Assembly (NCBI GenBank): GCA_031409655.1
Contig: JANNXQ010000130.1
Location: 1-64,000, forward strand
Origin: Chthoniobacteraceae bacterium
GTDB taxonomy: Bacteria > Verrucomicrobiota > Verrucomicrobiia > Chthoniobacterales > Chthoniobacteraceae
Reading direction: 5' to 3'
Length of the DNA: 64,000 bases
A program made the position numbers and the translations under genes. Of this stretch, positions 1 through 9,497 are shown one piece after another (positions within the stretch are counted from its first letter, which is position 1; the number at the start of each line of letters is the position of its first letter). The notes under the pieces were generated by a model. That model was given only the letters and a program-made list of their open reading frames with translations, was not told the DNA's origin and did no database searches.

Positions 1-22
1 CGCTCGTGGCGGGCGATCTCTG

Positions 23-1009
23 ATGGGCGGAAATGGGGCAACTCATCCGCTGCCGCTCAGCACTGCGCGTCCGGCGATCGACGTCCGTTCGCTCCGCGTG
101 GACTACGGCGATTTCGTCGCGGTGAATGATCTCACGCTCACGGTTCCGCGCGGCGAGGTCTTTGGCCTGGTCGGTCCGAATGGCGCGGGGAAAACGAGCA
201 CCTTCCGCGTGCTCACGACGCTCATGGAGCCGACTTACGGCGAGGTGATCCTCGACGGCGTGGACGTGCTGGAGGACATCGAGAGCGCGCGGCGGATCAT
301 CGGCTACATGCCGGATCTCGCACCGGTGCCCACGGATTTGAAAGTGGGCGAGTTCCTCGAATTTCACGCCGCTGCTTACGGACTCGGCAACCGCGCGCAG
401 CGCCGCGACCGCGTCGCCGAATGCCTCGCGGAGGTCGCGCTCACCGAGCAAAGGAACGCCTGGTGCAAGGCGCTTTCCCGCGGCCAGACGCAGCGCGTCG
501 TGCTCGCCAAGACGCTCCTCCACCGCCCGCGCGTTCTCATCCTCGATGAACCCGCGAGCGGCCTCGATCCCCTCGCCCGCCGCGATCTGCGCAATGCCCT
601 GCGCAAGCTCGCCGCGGCCGGCGCCACGGTCTTCGTCAGCTCGCACATCCTCAGTGAACTCGCCGAGATGTGCTCTTCCCTCTGCGTCATGAACCGCGGC
701 AGCCTGCTCGCCTCCGGCACCGTGGACGAAGTGCGGCACCAAATGGGCAGCACCGCGCGCGTGCTCACTGCCACCTTGCTGGATCGCCACGAAGAAGCCG
801 GCGCCTGGCTCTCCGCGCAGGCCACGGTGTGCGATCTGCGCATCATCAGCCAGCAGGTCATCTTCGGCTTCAGCGGCAGCGACCATGCGCAGGCGGATCT
901 CATGGAAGGTCTCATCCGGCTCGGCATCCGCCTGCGGACCTTTGAGGAAAAGCGGTCGTCCTTTGAAGACATCCTCGTGGAAGTCGCCGAAAGCAACCGC
1001 CGCCCATGA
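23..1009 (+). CDS. ABC transporter ATP-binding protein (ABC-2/exporter type)
   Basis: Walker A GPNGAGKT, signature LSRGQ, Walker B LILDEP, H-loop SSH; ATGA overlap with the next membrane gene. Confidence 0.9.
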   Translation: MGGNGATHPLPLSTARPAIDVRSLRVDYGDFVAVNDLTLTVPRGEVFGLVGPNGAGKTSTFRVLTTLMEPTYGEVILDGVDVLEDIESARRIIGYMPDLAPVPTDLKVGEFLEFHAAAYGLGNRAQRRDRVAECLAEVALTEQRNAWCKALSRGQTQRVVLAKTLLHRPRVLILDEPASGLDPLARRDLRNALRKLAAAGATVFVSSHILSELAEMCSSLCVMNRGSLLASGTVDEVRHQMGSTARVLTATLLDRHEEAGAWLSAQATVCDLRIISQQVIFGFSGSDHAQADLMEGLIRLGIRLRTFEEKRSSFEDILVEVAESNRRP

Positions 1010-2697
1010 GCGCCGACCCTTTCATCGCGCCCCCCATCCGCCACCCCGCGTGGAAGCTCTGGAGCAATCCCATCTTCCGGCGCTACTGCCAGTCGCGGCT
1101 GCGCTGGCGCGGGCTCGGCGTGGCCCTGCTCGTCATGGTGCTCCTCTCAGGCTTCATCGTGGCGCTGTCGAGTTCCATCGGCATCCGCACGGGCGCCTCC
1201 GTCGCCGACGCCGCCCGCACCGGCTTCATCCCGCTGCTCATCTTGCAAGGGCTCATCCTTTTCGTCTTCGGCACCGCGCAGACTGCGGGCGGGATGACGG
1301 CCGAGCGCGATGAAGGCGTGATCGACTACCAGCGCCTCATCCCGATGTCGCCGTTGTCCAAGGTGGTCGGCTATCTCTTCGGCCTGCCGGTGCGCGAATA
1401 CGCGATGTTTCTCGGCACGCTGCCATTCACCGCGTGGGCGCTCTGGCGCGGCCAGGTCGCGTGGCAGGTCTGGCTGCCGCTCTACACCGTCGTCTTCACC
1501 TCCACGCTGCTCTATCATTTCACCGGCCTGCTCACCGGCACCGTGGTGCGCAATCGCCGCTGGGCTTTCCTCGCCTCCATTGGCCTCGTCTTCTGCCTCT
1601 ACACGGTCATCCCGCAGATGGCGAAATTCGGCCTCGTCTTCTTCAAGTATCTCACGATCACGCCCGTCTTTGAGGAAAGCCTGCCCGGCATTTTGCCCTC
1701 CACCGCCGCGTCCCTCGTCCGGCTCAGCCAGCGGCTCATCCCGACGGTGAAATTCTTCAACCTCAATTTCTCCGAAGCCGTCTTCACCGTCTTTTCGCAA
1801 GGCGGCCTCATTCTCACCTTCATCGTCATGCTCTGCCGCAAGTGGCGGCGGCACGAGGCGCATCTGCTCGGTAAAGTGTGGGCCACGGGGTTCTTCGTGT
1901 GGATCCAGGTGCTGCTCCTCGGCAATGCCCTGCCCTCCATCGAGCAGGGAAATCTCTTCCCATCGCTCGGCTTCGCGGGCTTCAGGCGGCTCAAGCCAGA
2001 CTGGAGCCCCGAGCCGATGGAAGCCGTCGCGATGTCCGGCATCTACGGCCTCGTCACCCTCGCTCTCATTTTTGTGCTCGCGGGAATCATCACCCCTTCC
2101 GCCGAGCACCAGATCCGCGGCTGGCGGCGCGCCCGCAAGCAAGGCGAGTCCGCACTGCCGCGCCTCGCCGATGCCGCCACGGGCTTCTGGTTCGTGCTCA
2201 GCATGGCCCTCGCGGGTGCCGCCGGCTGGTTCATCTTCACCCGCGCCCTCGTCGAGTCGCACTGGTTCCCCGGCCACACCGTTCCGTTCAGCACCTTCGG
2301 CTGGTTCGTCGCCGTCATGATTTCCGCCGGCCTCGGATTTCAGACCTTGCTGGAAGTGAAAGGTGGCCGCGTCGTCGGGATCGCGGCGATCTTCGTGGGC
2401 GCACTCCCGATCATGCTCGGCGCCGTGCTCGGCTCCACCAGCGACCCGATGATCCCCACCGCCGCGTGGCTCATCGGCATCTCCCCCGTGAGCCTGCCCA
2501 TCTACGCCGCCGGCACCCTGCTCACCCTCGCCGAACTCCCCCTGCACACCGCCCGCGCCGTCCCACGCGCCTTCTACTTCTGGACCGCCATCGCCGCCCT
2601 CGTGACCCTCTGGCTCAGCACCCGCCTCTGGTCCACCCGCCGCGCCATCGCCAGGAGCATCCTCGGGGCTCAGGCGGATGCAGTGGAAAAAGCGTGA
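1006..2697 (+). CDS. ABC-2-type permease-like multi-pass membrane protein
   Basis: Many hydrophobic segments; AERDEGVIDYQRLIPMSP resembles the ABC-2 permease motif; coupled to the ATPase gene. Confidence 0.75.
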   Translation: MSADPFIAPPIRHPAWKLWSNPIFRRYCQSRLRWRGLGVALLVMVLLSGFIVALSSSIGIRTGASVADAARTGFIPLLILQGLILFVFGTAQTAGGMTAERDEGVIDYQRLIPMSPLSKVVGYLFGLPVREYAMFLGTLPFTAWALWRGQVAWQVWLPLYTVVFTSTLLYHFTGLLTGTVVRNRRWAFLASIGLVFCLYTVIPQMAKFGLVFFKYLTITPVFEESLPGILPSTAASLVRLSQRLIPTVKFFNLNFSEAVFTVFSQGGLILTFIVMLCRKWRRHEAHLLGKVWATGFFVWIQVLLLGNALPSIEQGNLFPSLGFAGFRRLKPDWSPEPMEAVAMSGIYGLVTLALIFVLAGIITPSAEHQIRGWRRARKQGESALPRLADAATGFWFVLSMALAGAAGWFIFTRALVESHWFPGHTVPFSTFGWFVAVMISAGLGFQTLLEVKGGRVVGIAAIFVGALPIMLGAVLGSTSDPMIPTAAWLIGISPVSLPIYAAGTLLTLAELPLHTARAVPRAFYFWTAIAALVTLWLSTRLWSTRRAIARSILGAQADAVEKA

Positions 2698-2786
2698 CGG
2701 GAAAAGCTACCATCCGGTGGATGGCTGATCCCGGCGGAATGGACAAGCGGCAGCACCCGGTGTCATATCCCGCTCGCCTTCATCCC

Positions 2787-3605
2787 ATGCGCTCCACTAC
2801 CGCCATTTCTCTGCTCGTTTCGATCGCCAGCATTTTCGCCGGGATCATCCCTGCGCTCGCGGAGGAAGCGAAACTACCGGTGCCGCTCTACGAGACGCGG
2901 GCGGAGCATGATCGAAATGGGATCGGGAAGTTTTTCCTCGGGCGCGAGATCGCGCATGTCATGGGGCATCAGGCGGCGGATTGGCTGGAGCGGCCGGAGC
3001 GCGAGGAGGAGGAGAAGACGGATGTGATGGTCGAGGCGCTGAAGTTTCGCGAAGGCGAAGTGGTCGCGGATATCGGGTGCGGCTCGGGGTATGTGAGCCG
3101 GAAGATCGCGAAGAAGATCGGGGCGACGGGCGTGGTGTATGGCGTGGATATTCAGCAGGAGATGCTCGATCTGCTGGCGAAACGCATGGCCATGTTTCGC
3201 ATCGGGAATGTGCAGGGGGTGATGGGGACGACGACGGATCCCAAGGTGCCGCCGGCTTCGTGCGACACGATGATCATGGTGGATGTGTACCATGAGTTTG
3301 ATCAGCCGTATGAGATGATCCGCGGGATGATCGCGGGGCTGAAGCCGGGCGGGCGGATTGTCTTTGTGGAGTTTCGCGGGGAGGACCCGGAGGTGCCGAT
3401 CAAGCTCGTCCACAAGATGAGCGAGGCCCAGGTGCGCAAGGAGATGGCCGTGCATCCGGAGCTGGAATTCGAGCAAAACATCGCCGTCCTGCCGCGGCAG
3501 CACTTGATCATTTTCCGCAAGAAGGGCGGGAAGTCGGCGGCGCTGCCGTGTTGCGAAACGCCCACGTCGCGGACGAGTCTGCTGACCCGGTGGGTCGCAC
3601 CATGA
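2787..3605 (+). CDS. Exported class I SAM-dependent methyltransferase
   Basis: ATG at 2787 in frame with ORF 1878..3605; signal-peptide-like N-terminus; motif I VADIGCGSG, GVDIQ, LKPGGRIV. Confidence 0.85.
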   Translation: MRSTTAISLLVSIASIFAGIIPALAEEAKLPVPLYETRAEHDRNGIGKFFLGREIAHVMGHQAADWLERPEREEEEKTDVMVEALKFREGEVVADIGCGSGYVSRKIAKKIGATGVVYGVDIQQEMLDLLAKRMAMFRIGNVQGVMGTTTDPKVPPASCDTMIMVDVYHEFDQPYEMIRGMIAGLKPGGRIVFVEFRGEDPEVPIKLVHKMSEAQVRKEMAVHPELEFEQNIAVLPRQHLIIFRKKGGKSAALPCCETPTSRTSLLTRWVAP

Positions 3606-4444
3606 GTCGTGGCGAGCGTTTCGCCTGGCGCAAACTCAGCGCCGCCAAGTGGGAGGATGTGTGGGTGGATCGGCTCAGTGAATTTCGCGACCGGCTCGCG
3701 ATCGTGGCGCTCGCGGGATCGCAGAGCATCCGGCTGGAAGCTTACGAACTGACGGGTGCGCAGGCGGATCGGCTGGTGAAGACTTTTGGCGGCCAGCAGC
3801 GCGCGATGAAGGAGCAACGCGCGTTGCATTCCCCGGCCCCGCGGCCGCCGATCAAGGTGCGCGACAAACTCGTGGTCGTCGCCACCGCAGCCGAGCGGAA
3901 GGCCGCGGCCTCCAGCAAACGGAAGGTCCTGCTCATCCCGGCGGGCATGGCCTTCGGCACTGGCGATCACGCGACGACCTCGACTTGCCTGCGCTTGCTC
4001 GCCGACGTGAGCGACGAGTTCGCGGATCAACCGTGGGAGATGCTCGATCTCGGCTGCGGCAGCGGCATCCTCGCCCTGGCCGCCCGCGCATTCGGCGCGC
4101 GGCGCGCGGAGGCTGGCGACTTCGATCCGGATTCCGTCCGCACCTCGAAGGAAAACGCTGCCGCCAACGGTATCCGCAACGTGACGGTGCGCCGTCTCGA
4201 CGTGCTGAAGTGGACGCCCACGCGGACCTGGCAAGTGGTGGCGGCGAACATGTACAGCAGCATCTTGATCCAAGCTGCGCCGACGATCGTGCGGGCGATG
4301 GAACCCGGCGGCCGCCTGATCTTCTCCGGCATCCTGCGCGAGCAGGAGCGCGGGGTCCTCGTCGCTTTCCGCGAAGCTGGCTTAAGCATCGAGCGGATCG
4401 TGCGGAAGGGGAAGTGGATCACTGGCCTCGCGCCCTGCAAGTAA
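3602..4444 (+). CDS. prmA: 50S ribosomal protein L11 methyltransferase (PrmA-like)
   Basis: PAGMAFGTGDHATT, LDLGCGSGILA, VVAAN, GRLIFSGIL; ATG at 3602 overlaps the upstream stop. Confidence 0.8.
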   Translation: MSRGERFAWRKLSAAKWEDVWVDRLSEFRDRLAIVALAGSQSIRLEAYELTGAQADRLVKTFGGQQRAMKEQRALHSPAPRPPIKVRDKLVVVATAAERKAAASSKRKVLLIPAGMAFGTGDHATTSTCLRLLADVSDEFADQPWEMLDLGCGSGILALAARAFGARRAEAGDFDPDSVRTSKENAAANGIRNVTVRRLDVLKWTPTRTWQVVAANMYSSILIQAAPTIVRAMEPGGRLIFSGILREQERGVLVAFREAGLSIERIVRKGKWITGLAPCK

Positions 4445-4487
4445 CGGAACTTCAGCCTCAATCCGGGTGGCAAACCGGATTCTTCGG

Positions 4488-5207
4488 CTAGAATTTCCTC
4501 GTTGCGGCTCTTTGGAGCTTTTTGAGGCGTGCCAAGTGTTCCTCCGGATCTGCATTATCGCCGTGGTTGGGAACGACGCCAATCAGGTCGAGCGCCAGTG
4601 CTCTGGCAACGCTGTTGGGGATTTGCTCCGGCGCCGAATTGAAAACCCGCGGCGGGTAGTGAGCAAAGGCGCGATAGCTGGCGAATAAGTCAGCTGTGAA
4701 CAACAGCCTGAGCGCCTCGCAGTAGAATCCAGTGTGCCCGAAAGTGTGACCAGGTAGATGGACGGCGCGAAGCCCGTGCCATATGTCGAGTTGGTCGCCG
4801 TCATCGAGCCATCGATCTGGCACAAACGTCCGAAATCCAAGGAGCGGACGCCCCACTGCTTCCAATCCTCCCGTAACTCGCGCCCAACCTGAATAGCGCG
4901 GATGCCCTCCATAGTGATCTGCATCAAGTCGCGGCGCAGCGATCCAAGCTCCGAACTCCAGCGCGAGCGTTCCCACATTCAAGATGTGGTCGAGGTGGCC
5001 GTGCGTGACGATGATTCCCCGAATGCGGTACTTCTCCCAGCCTTTGCTCTGGAGTGCCCGTCTCAAAAAATGACGCCCACCAATGAAGCCAGCGTCGATC
5101 AGGCACAAGCCCGACGGGTCTCGAAGGACGTAGAAGCTAACGCCGGGCGCCCGGACCTGAAGGAAATCGGCGTCCAAGGCGTCAGCGTCAAATCCTCTGC
5201 AAGTCAC
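4488..5207 (-). CDS. MBL-fold metallo-hydrolase
   Basis: THGHLDH (HxHxDH), PGHT, FTADL, PNHG; start codon uncertain. Confidence 0.85.
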   Translation of the reverse strand: MTCRGFDADALDADFLQVRAPGVSFYVLRDPSGLCLIDAGFIGGRHFLRRALQSKGWEKYRIRGIIVTHGHLDHILNVGTLALEFGAWIAAPRLDADHYGGHPRYSGWARVTGGLEAVGRPLLGFRTFVPDRWLDDGDQLDIWHGLRAVHLPGHTFGHTGFYCEALRLLFTADLFASYRAFAHYPPRVFNSAPEQIPNSVARALALDLIGVVPNHGDNADPEEHLARLKKLQRAATRKF

Positions 5208-6373
5208 ACATTAAACCGGAACTCCACCACGTCCCCATCCTTCACCACATACTCCTTGCCTTCGATGCGGAGTTTGCCGGCTTCGCGGGCTTTGCCGGTG
5301 GAACCGAGGGTGATGAGATCGTCGAAATGCACGACCTCGGCGGCGATGAAGCCGCGCTCGAAATCACTGTGGATGACACCAGCCGCAGCGGGCGCTTTGT
5401 CGCCGGCGCGGATGGTCCAGGCGCGGGTCTCCTGCTCACCGGTGGTCAGGTAGGTGCGCAGGCCGAGGAGGTGATAGACGGCGCGGATGAGCGAGCCGAC
5501 GCCGCTGCTGGCGACGCCGATGCCGGTGAGATATTCGGCGGCTTCCTCTTCGGTGAGGCCGGCGAGTTCGCTTTCGATCTGCGCGCTGATGACCACGGCT
5601 TCGGTGCCAAAGTGCGAGCGCGCGTAATCCTGCACGGCGGTGACGTAGCGGGCGGCGTCCGTCATTTCCACGTTCTCGCTCGGCTTCACGCCTTCATTGT
5701 CGCGCGCGGCTTCGACGATGGCGGCGACGTTCGCGAGATCGGCTTCGGCGACGTTGCAGGCAAAGATGGTCGGCTTGCCCGAGAGGAGGAAAAACTCCCG
5801 CATGATCTTCGCTTCCTCGTCGGTGAGGGTGAGTGTGGTCGCAGGCTTTCCGGCATCGAGATGCGGCATCAGTTTCTCCGCGAGCGCGACTTCGGCCTTG
5901 GCGAGTTTGTCGCCGGTCTTGGCGGCTTTCTGCTGACGGTCCCGACGTTTCTCCACGGCGGCGAGATCGGCGAGGATGAGTTCGGTATTGATGATCTCGA
6001 TGTCGCGCACGGGATCGACGGTGCCGGAGACGTGGTGAATATCGGCATCCTCAAAGCAGCGCACGACTTGCACGATCGCGTTCACTTCGCGGATGTGGCT
6101 GAGGAATTGATTACCCAGCCCTTCGCCCGAACTCGCGCCCTTCACGAGACCCGCGATATCGACAAACTCAATGGCCGCCGGAACGAGCTTCTTGGAATGC
6201 GAGAGCTTCGAGAGCACCGCGAGCCGTGGATCGGGCACGGTGACGACGCCGACGTTCGGATCGATCGTGCAAAAAGGGTAGTTTGCCGCCTGCGCTTTCT
6301 GCGTGCGCGTGACCGCGTTGAAGAGGGTGGATTTGCCGACGTTTGGGAGACCGACGATGCCTGCGCTTAACAT
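5204..6373 (-). CDS. ychF: Redox-regulated ATPase YchF (Obg family)
   Basis: [37 protein letters not shown]-terminal [22 protein letters not shown] at 6373. Confidence 0.95.
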   Translation of the reverse strand: MLSAGIVGLPNVGKSTLFNAVTRTQKAQAANYPFCTIDPNVGVVTVPDPRLAVLSKLSHSKKLVPAAIEFVDIAGLVKGASSGEGLGNQFLSHIREVNAIVQVVRCFEDADIHHVSGTVDPVRDIEIINTELILADLAAVEKRRDRQQKAAKTGDKLAKAEVALAEKLMPHLDAGKPATTLTLTDEEAKIMREFFLLSGKPTIFACNVAEADLANVAAIVEAARDNEGVKPSENVEMTDAARYVTAVQDYARSHFGTEAVVISAQIESELAGLTEEEAAEYLTGIGVASSGVGSLIRAVYHLLGLRTYLTTGEQETRAWTIRAGDKAPAAAGVIHSDFERGFIAAEVVHFDDLITLGSTGKAREAGKLRIEGKEYVVKDGDVVEFRFNV

Positions 6374-6392
6374 AGGCGCGGAGGGTAGGGGA

Positions 6393-6424
6393 AAATCCGA
6401 AATCCGAAACTCGAATCTCGAAAC
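6393..6424. repeat. Degenerate 7-nt tandem repeat (AAATCCG x2, AAACTCG, AATCTCG)
   Basis: Read directly; 20 bp upstream of the ychF start. Confidence 0.6.
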
Positions 6425-6484
6425 AAATTCTGGCCGCGCGGCACCGCCCGGATCCGCTAGGCTAAGAGCCTGTTGAAATATCCG

Positions 6485-6607
6485 GCGCTCGGTGGATGGT
6501 GCGCTCCGCCGCGCCATGAGAACAGGTGCGCGCAGCGCCACACTGAGAAGACAGGCCTGCGGCGAGCGTTTGGCATGGCGCGGCGGAGCGCACCATCCAC
6601 CGAGCGC
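6485..6607. repeat. REPIN-like element, family A (GTGG + ATGGYGCG-CTCCGC-CGCGCCAT hairpin)
   Basis: Perfect 34-bp inverted repeat 6485-6518 / 6574-6607; each arm is itself a small hairpin preceded by GTGG. Confidence 0.85.
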
Positions 6608-6648
6608 AGGGTTGGTTTTTCAAAAGCCTGCCAACCAAGATTCGACGC

Positions 6649-7035
6649 TTACGCGGCGGCTTGCTGCGCCACTTTATCCTCCAGCCAATAGACTTGGAGC
6701 ATCACGCCGGCCCAATAGAACGGCGCGAGGAGCAGCGCCCAACCAGCGGTGAAGGTGGCGGCGACGACGATGGCAAACATCGCAAAGGCACTGCCGATCA
6801 GGTAGAGCGCGCCAGTGAGGTGGTGGGCTTTGTAGATGTGGCCGAGGCCGGGGATCACGCTCAGGAAGACGGCGATGACATCGCGGGTGTTCTCGCGCGG
6901 CAGTTGGCGGCGGCGGTAGCCGAGCACCCAATCACACTTGGGGCATTCGTTCGGAGTCGCGGAGTCGAGCGCCGTGTCGCAGAGGGGGCACGTGCGGGTC
7001 TCGGTGACGGTGGAGTTGGCATCGATCGTTGGCAT
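6649..7035 (-). CDS. Small membrane protein with N-terminal zinc ribbon
   Basis: CPLC...CPKC, then LSVIPGLGHIY and two hydrophobic helices. Confidence 0.75.
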   Translation of the reverse strand: MPTIDANSTVTETRTCPLCDTALDSATPNECPKCDWVLGYRRRQLPRENTRDVIAVFLSVIPGLGHIYKAHHLTGALYLIGSAFAMFAIVVAATFTAGWALLLAPFYWAGVMLQVYWLEDKVAQQAAA

Positions 7036-7132
7036 GGGTATCTCTGGGGTTGAAGGTTACGCGTTCCTCGTTTTCACCATGTTTAGACATTAGGTCGCGC
7101 AATCTTAGCCGGCAACTCGCAAAGCAACCCTG

Positions 7133-7888
7133 ATGACAAAACTAAACCCCATCGTCTCCTGGCTCGATCGCACCCTGCGCACCGCCGAAGTAGCGGACTA
7201 CTCGGGCGCCTGGAATGGCCTGCAGCTCGAGAACTCGGGCGCGGTGACGAAAGTCGGCGCGGCGGTCGATGCCTGCGAGGCGGTGCTTGCGGAAGCGGGC
7301 ACGCGCGGGGTGACCTTGCTCCTCGTGCATCACGGGCTTTTCTGGGCCGGAGTGCAGCCAGTGGTCGGCGCGGTCTATCGGAAAATGAAGCTGGCGCTCG
7401 CGCACGATCTCGCGATCTACAGCTCGCATCTGCCGCTCGATCGGCATCCGACGCTCGGCAATAACGCACTGCTCGCCCGGGCGCTCGGGTTCAAAAAGTG
7501 CGCGCCTTTCTTTATCTCAAAAGGTCAGGCGATCGGCCTGCAAACGCGCGCGGCCCTGCCGCTCGCGGAAGTCGCGCGACGGCTGGAGCGGGTGCTCGGG
7601 TCCGCACCGCACCTCGCGCCCGGCGGGCCGGCAAAGACGGCACGCATCGGGATCGTGACGGGTGGTGCAGGGGGCGAAGTCGCCCAGGCGGCGGCGGAAG
7701 GTGTGGATACTTTCATCACCGGCGAAGGTCCGCACCACAGCTACACGCTGGCGGAGGAACTCGGGGTGAATGTCTTCTACGGCGGACACTATGCGACGGA
7801 GACCTTCGGGGTGAAGGCGCTCGCGGCAGCGGTGGCGAAGAAGTTCGGGGTGCCGTGGGAGTTCATCGATCATCCGACGGGGCTTTGA
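7133..7888 (+). CDS. Nif3-like dinuclear metal centre protein (YbgI/DUF34)
   Basis: NGLQLE, LLVHHGLFW, SSHLPLD, FITGE, GHYATETFG. Confidence 0.92.
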   Translation: MTKLNPIVSWLDRTLRTAEVADYSGAWNGLQLENSGAVTKVGAAVDACEAVLAEAGTRGVTLLLVHHGLFWAGVQPVVGAVYRKMKLALAHDLAIYSSHLPLDRHPTLGNNALLARALGFKKCAPFFISKGQAIGLQTRAALPLAEVARRLERVLGSAPHLAPGGPAKTARIGIVTGGAGGEVAQAAAEGVDTFITGEGPHHSYTLAEELGVNVFYGGHYATETFGVKALAAAVAKKFGVPWEFIDHPTGL

Positions 7889-8016
7889 GGAAAGGATGAA
7901 GGATGAAGGCGGAAGGATGAAGTGATTGGGCCTGCGGCGCCGAAATCGCGCGACCGTTCCATTGCCGAAGGCCTGATCACTTCATCCTTCATCCTTCATC
8001 CTTCATCCTTCCCCTC
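7887..8016. repeat. Inverted 7-nt tandem repeat element (AAGGATG)n ... (CATCCTT)n between convergent genes
   Basis: Left arm 7887-7933, right arm 7969-8016, about four heptamer units each; long hairpin potential. Confidence 0.85.
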
Positions 8017-9493
8017 ACTCCATCCGCTGGAGCGTCGGCAAGCGGTACTTCTTCGCGAGCATCGGGCCTTGGTCGGCGACTTGCGCGGCGTCGAGATAGA
8101 TGGTCCCGGGGTCGCTGTCGAAGTCGATGCGATGCACGCCATCGGTCACTTTCGCGAGCGCGGCGGGCAGGTCGGCGAGGCTTTGCAGCGCGACTCCGTT
8201 CACCTTCTTCACGATGAGGGACTGGATCTCCTCGTAGCCGATGGTCGCCTCGCTCGGCAGGACGCGGCTGAGGAAGACGACCTTCTTCGGGCCGTCCTTA
8301 AAGAGCTCGGCTTGCTGCGCGTCGGCATAGACAAATTGCTCCGGCGCTTTCTTCCGCCAATCAGCGCCCCACTCCTTGAGGTATTGCCGCGAGAGTTCCT
8401 GGAGCACGAGACCGCCGAGGACGAAGAACTTCGGCGCGCGATCAATGACGTACGGCTCGATGACGTAGCTCTCCACCGCTCGCCGCGCGACGTTCACGGT
8501 GAGCTGCTTTTGCTCGCCCTGGCGCAGGATGTCGAACTTCACGGCATCGCCATGAAAGCGGCGCGTGCCGACGAGATGGATCAGGGCGATCCGGCCATAT
8601 TGCGGGTCGTTGTAGTTGCCGTCCTGATCGATCGTCTCGCCATCGATCTTGAGCACGATGTCGCCTTTCACGATACCCCCCTTGGCGGCGGGGCCGTCGG
8701 GCACTACTTCGGTGACGTAGATGCCGCCATTGCCAGCGGGGAGGCCGACGTAGCGGCGAAGCTGCGGATCGCGGGTATTGGCAAAGCCCATGCCGAGTCG
8801 CGGAAAGCCTTCGTATGGCAGCGTGCCGGCGTCTTTCAGGAAATGGGAAATGACCGGCGCGGGGATGATGTCGGCGTTGTTCGCCGAGTTGTCGTAGCGC
8901 TGGACGAGGCCCACGAGCTTGTCGCCTTTCACCACGGGCAGCGGAAAGCTGGTGTCGCGGAATTGCAGTTGCGCGGTCAGGCGATAGACGAGGAAAGGTG
9001 ACTCATCGACCGGGTAGCGGAGGACTTCCGCGGTGGTCATCGGGCCGTGCGTCACGAGCAGGTTGCCATTGTTTTCGAGCTGCCAGACGGAGAGCTGATC
9101 GCCGATCTTTGCCGGAGCGATCTCGAGCGGCTGGAGATTCTTGAGGAAGGTCGCATCGTCCGTCTTGAGCAGCGCGAGATTGCACTCGTAGTCCACAAAC
9201 TCGACCGCCGCAGGCACCTTCTGTCCACCACCAGCGGCTTCAAACTCGACGAAGCTCGCATTGCCCACGAGTTCCGCGGTGACGAGCACGCGCTCGCCCG
9301 CCAGAACCGCGCCGATGGCCCGCCGCGAGAAAGGCGCGCGTTTCGCCCACGGACGGCCGAAATCCCAGGCCTGCGTGGTCACATTCACGCGCACCACGGA
9401 GAGCGCCTTTTCGATGACGGTCGGGGCGGCATCTTGCGCCTTTGCGGCGCCGACAAAGAGGCAGAGGAAAAGGAAAAACGAGAGGCGGCGCAT
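8015..9493 (-). CDS. Trypsin-like/PDZ (Deg/HtrA-type) protein, probably catalytically inactive
   Basis: Collinear with the upstream Deg protease, but triad motifs read VTAELV / ECNLALL / RDTSFP; signal peptide MRRLSFF; alternative start 9520. Confidence 0.8.
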   Translation of the reverse strand: MRRLSFFLFLCLFVGAAKAQDAAPTVIEKALSVVRVNVTTQAWDFGRPWAKRAPFSRRAIGAVLAGERVLVTAELVGNASFVEFEAAGGGQKVPAAVEFVDYECNLALLKTDDATFLKNLQPLEIAPAKIGDQLSVWQLENNGNLLVTHGPMTTAEVLRYPVDESPFLVYRLTAQLQFRDTSFPLPVVKGDKLVGLVQRYDNSANNADIIPAPVISHFLKDAGTLPYEGFPRLGMGFANTRDPQLRRYVGLPAGNGGIYVTEVVPDGPAAKGGIVKGDIVLKIDGETIDQDGNYNDPQYGRIALIHLVGTRRFHGDAVKFDILRQGEQKQLTVNVARRAVESYVIEPYVIDRAPKFFVLGGLVLQELSRQYLKEWGADWRKKAPEQFVYADAQQAELFKDGPKKVVFLSRVLPSEATIGYEEIQSLIVKKVNGVALQSLADLPAALAKVTDGVHRIDFDSDPGTIYLDAAQVADQGPMLAKKYRLPTLQRME

Positions 9494-9497
9494 GGCG

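Noticed and set aside
1878..2786. N-terminal 300 aa of ORF 1878..3605
   Set aside because: Out-of-frame overlap with the permease gene, Arg/His/Pro-rich; the real start is taken as 2787
4488..5207. MBL hydrolase as a beta-lactamase or defence nuclease
   Set aside because: Only the generic HxHxDH fold is visible; no signal peptide or partner genes; somewhat lower GC alone is not enough
7887..8016. Tandem repeats as a possible CRISPR array (also 13625-13706, 57978-58114)
   Set aside because: Units are 7-9 nt or nested palindromes, with no unique 30-40 nt spacers and no cas genes
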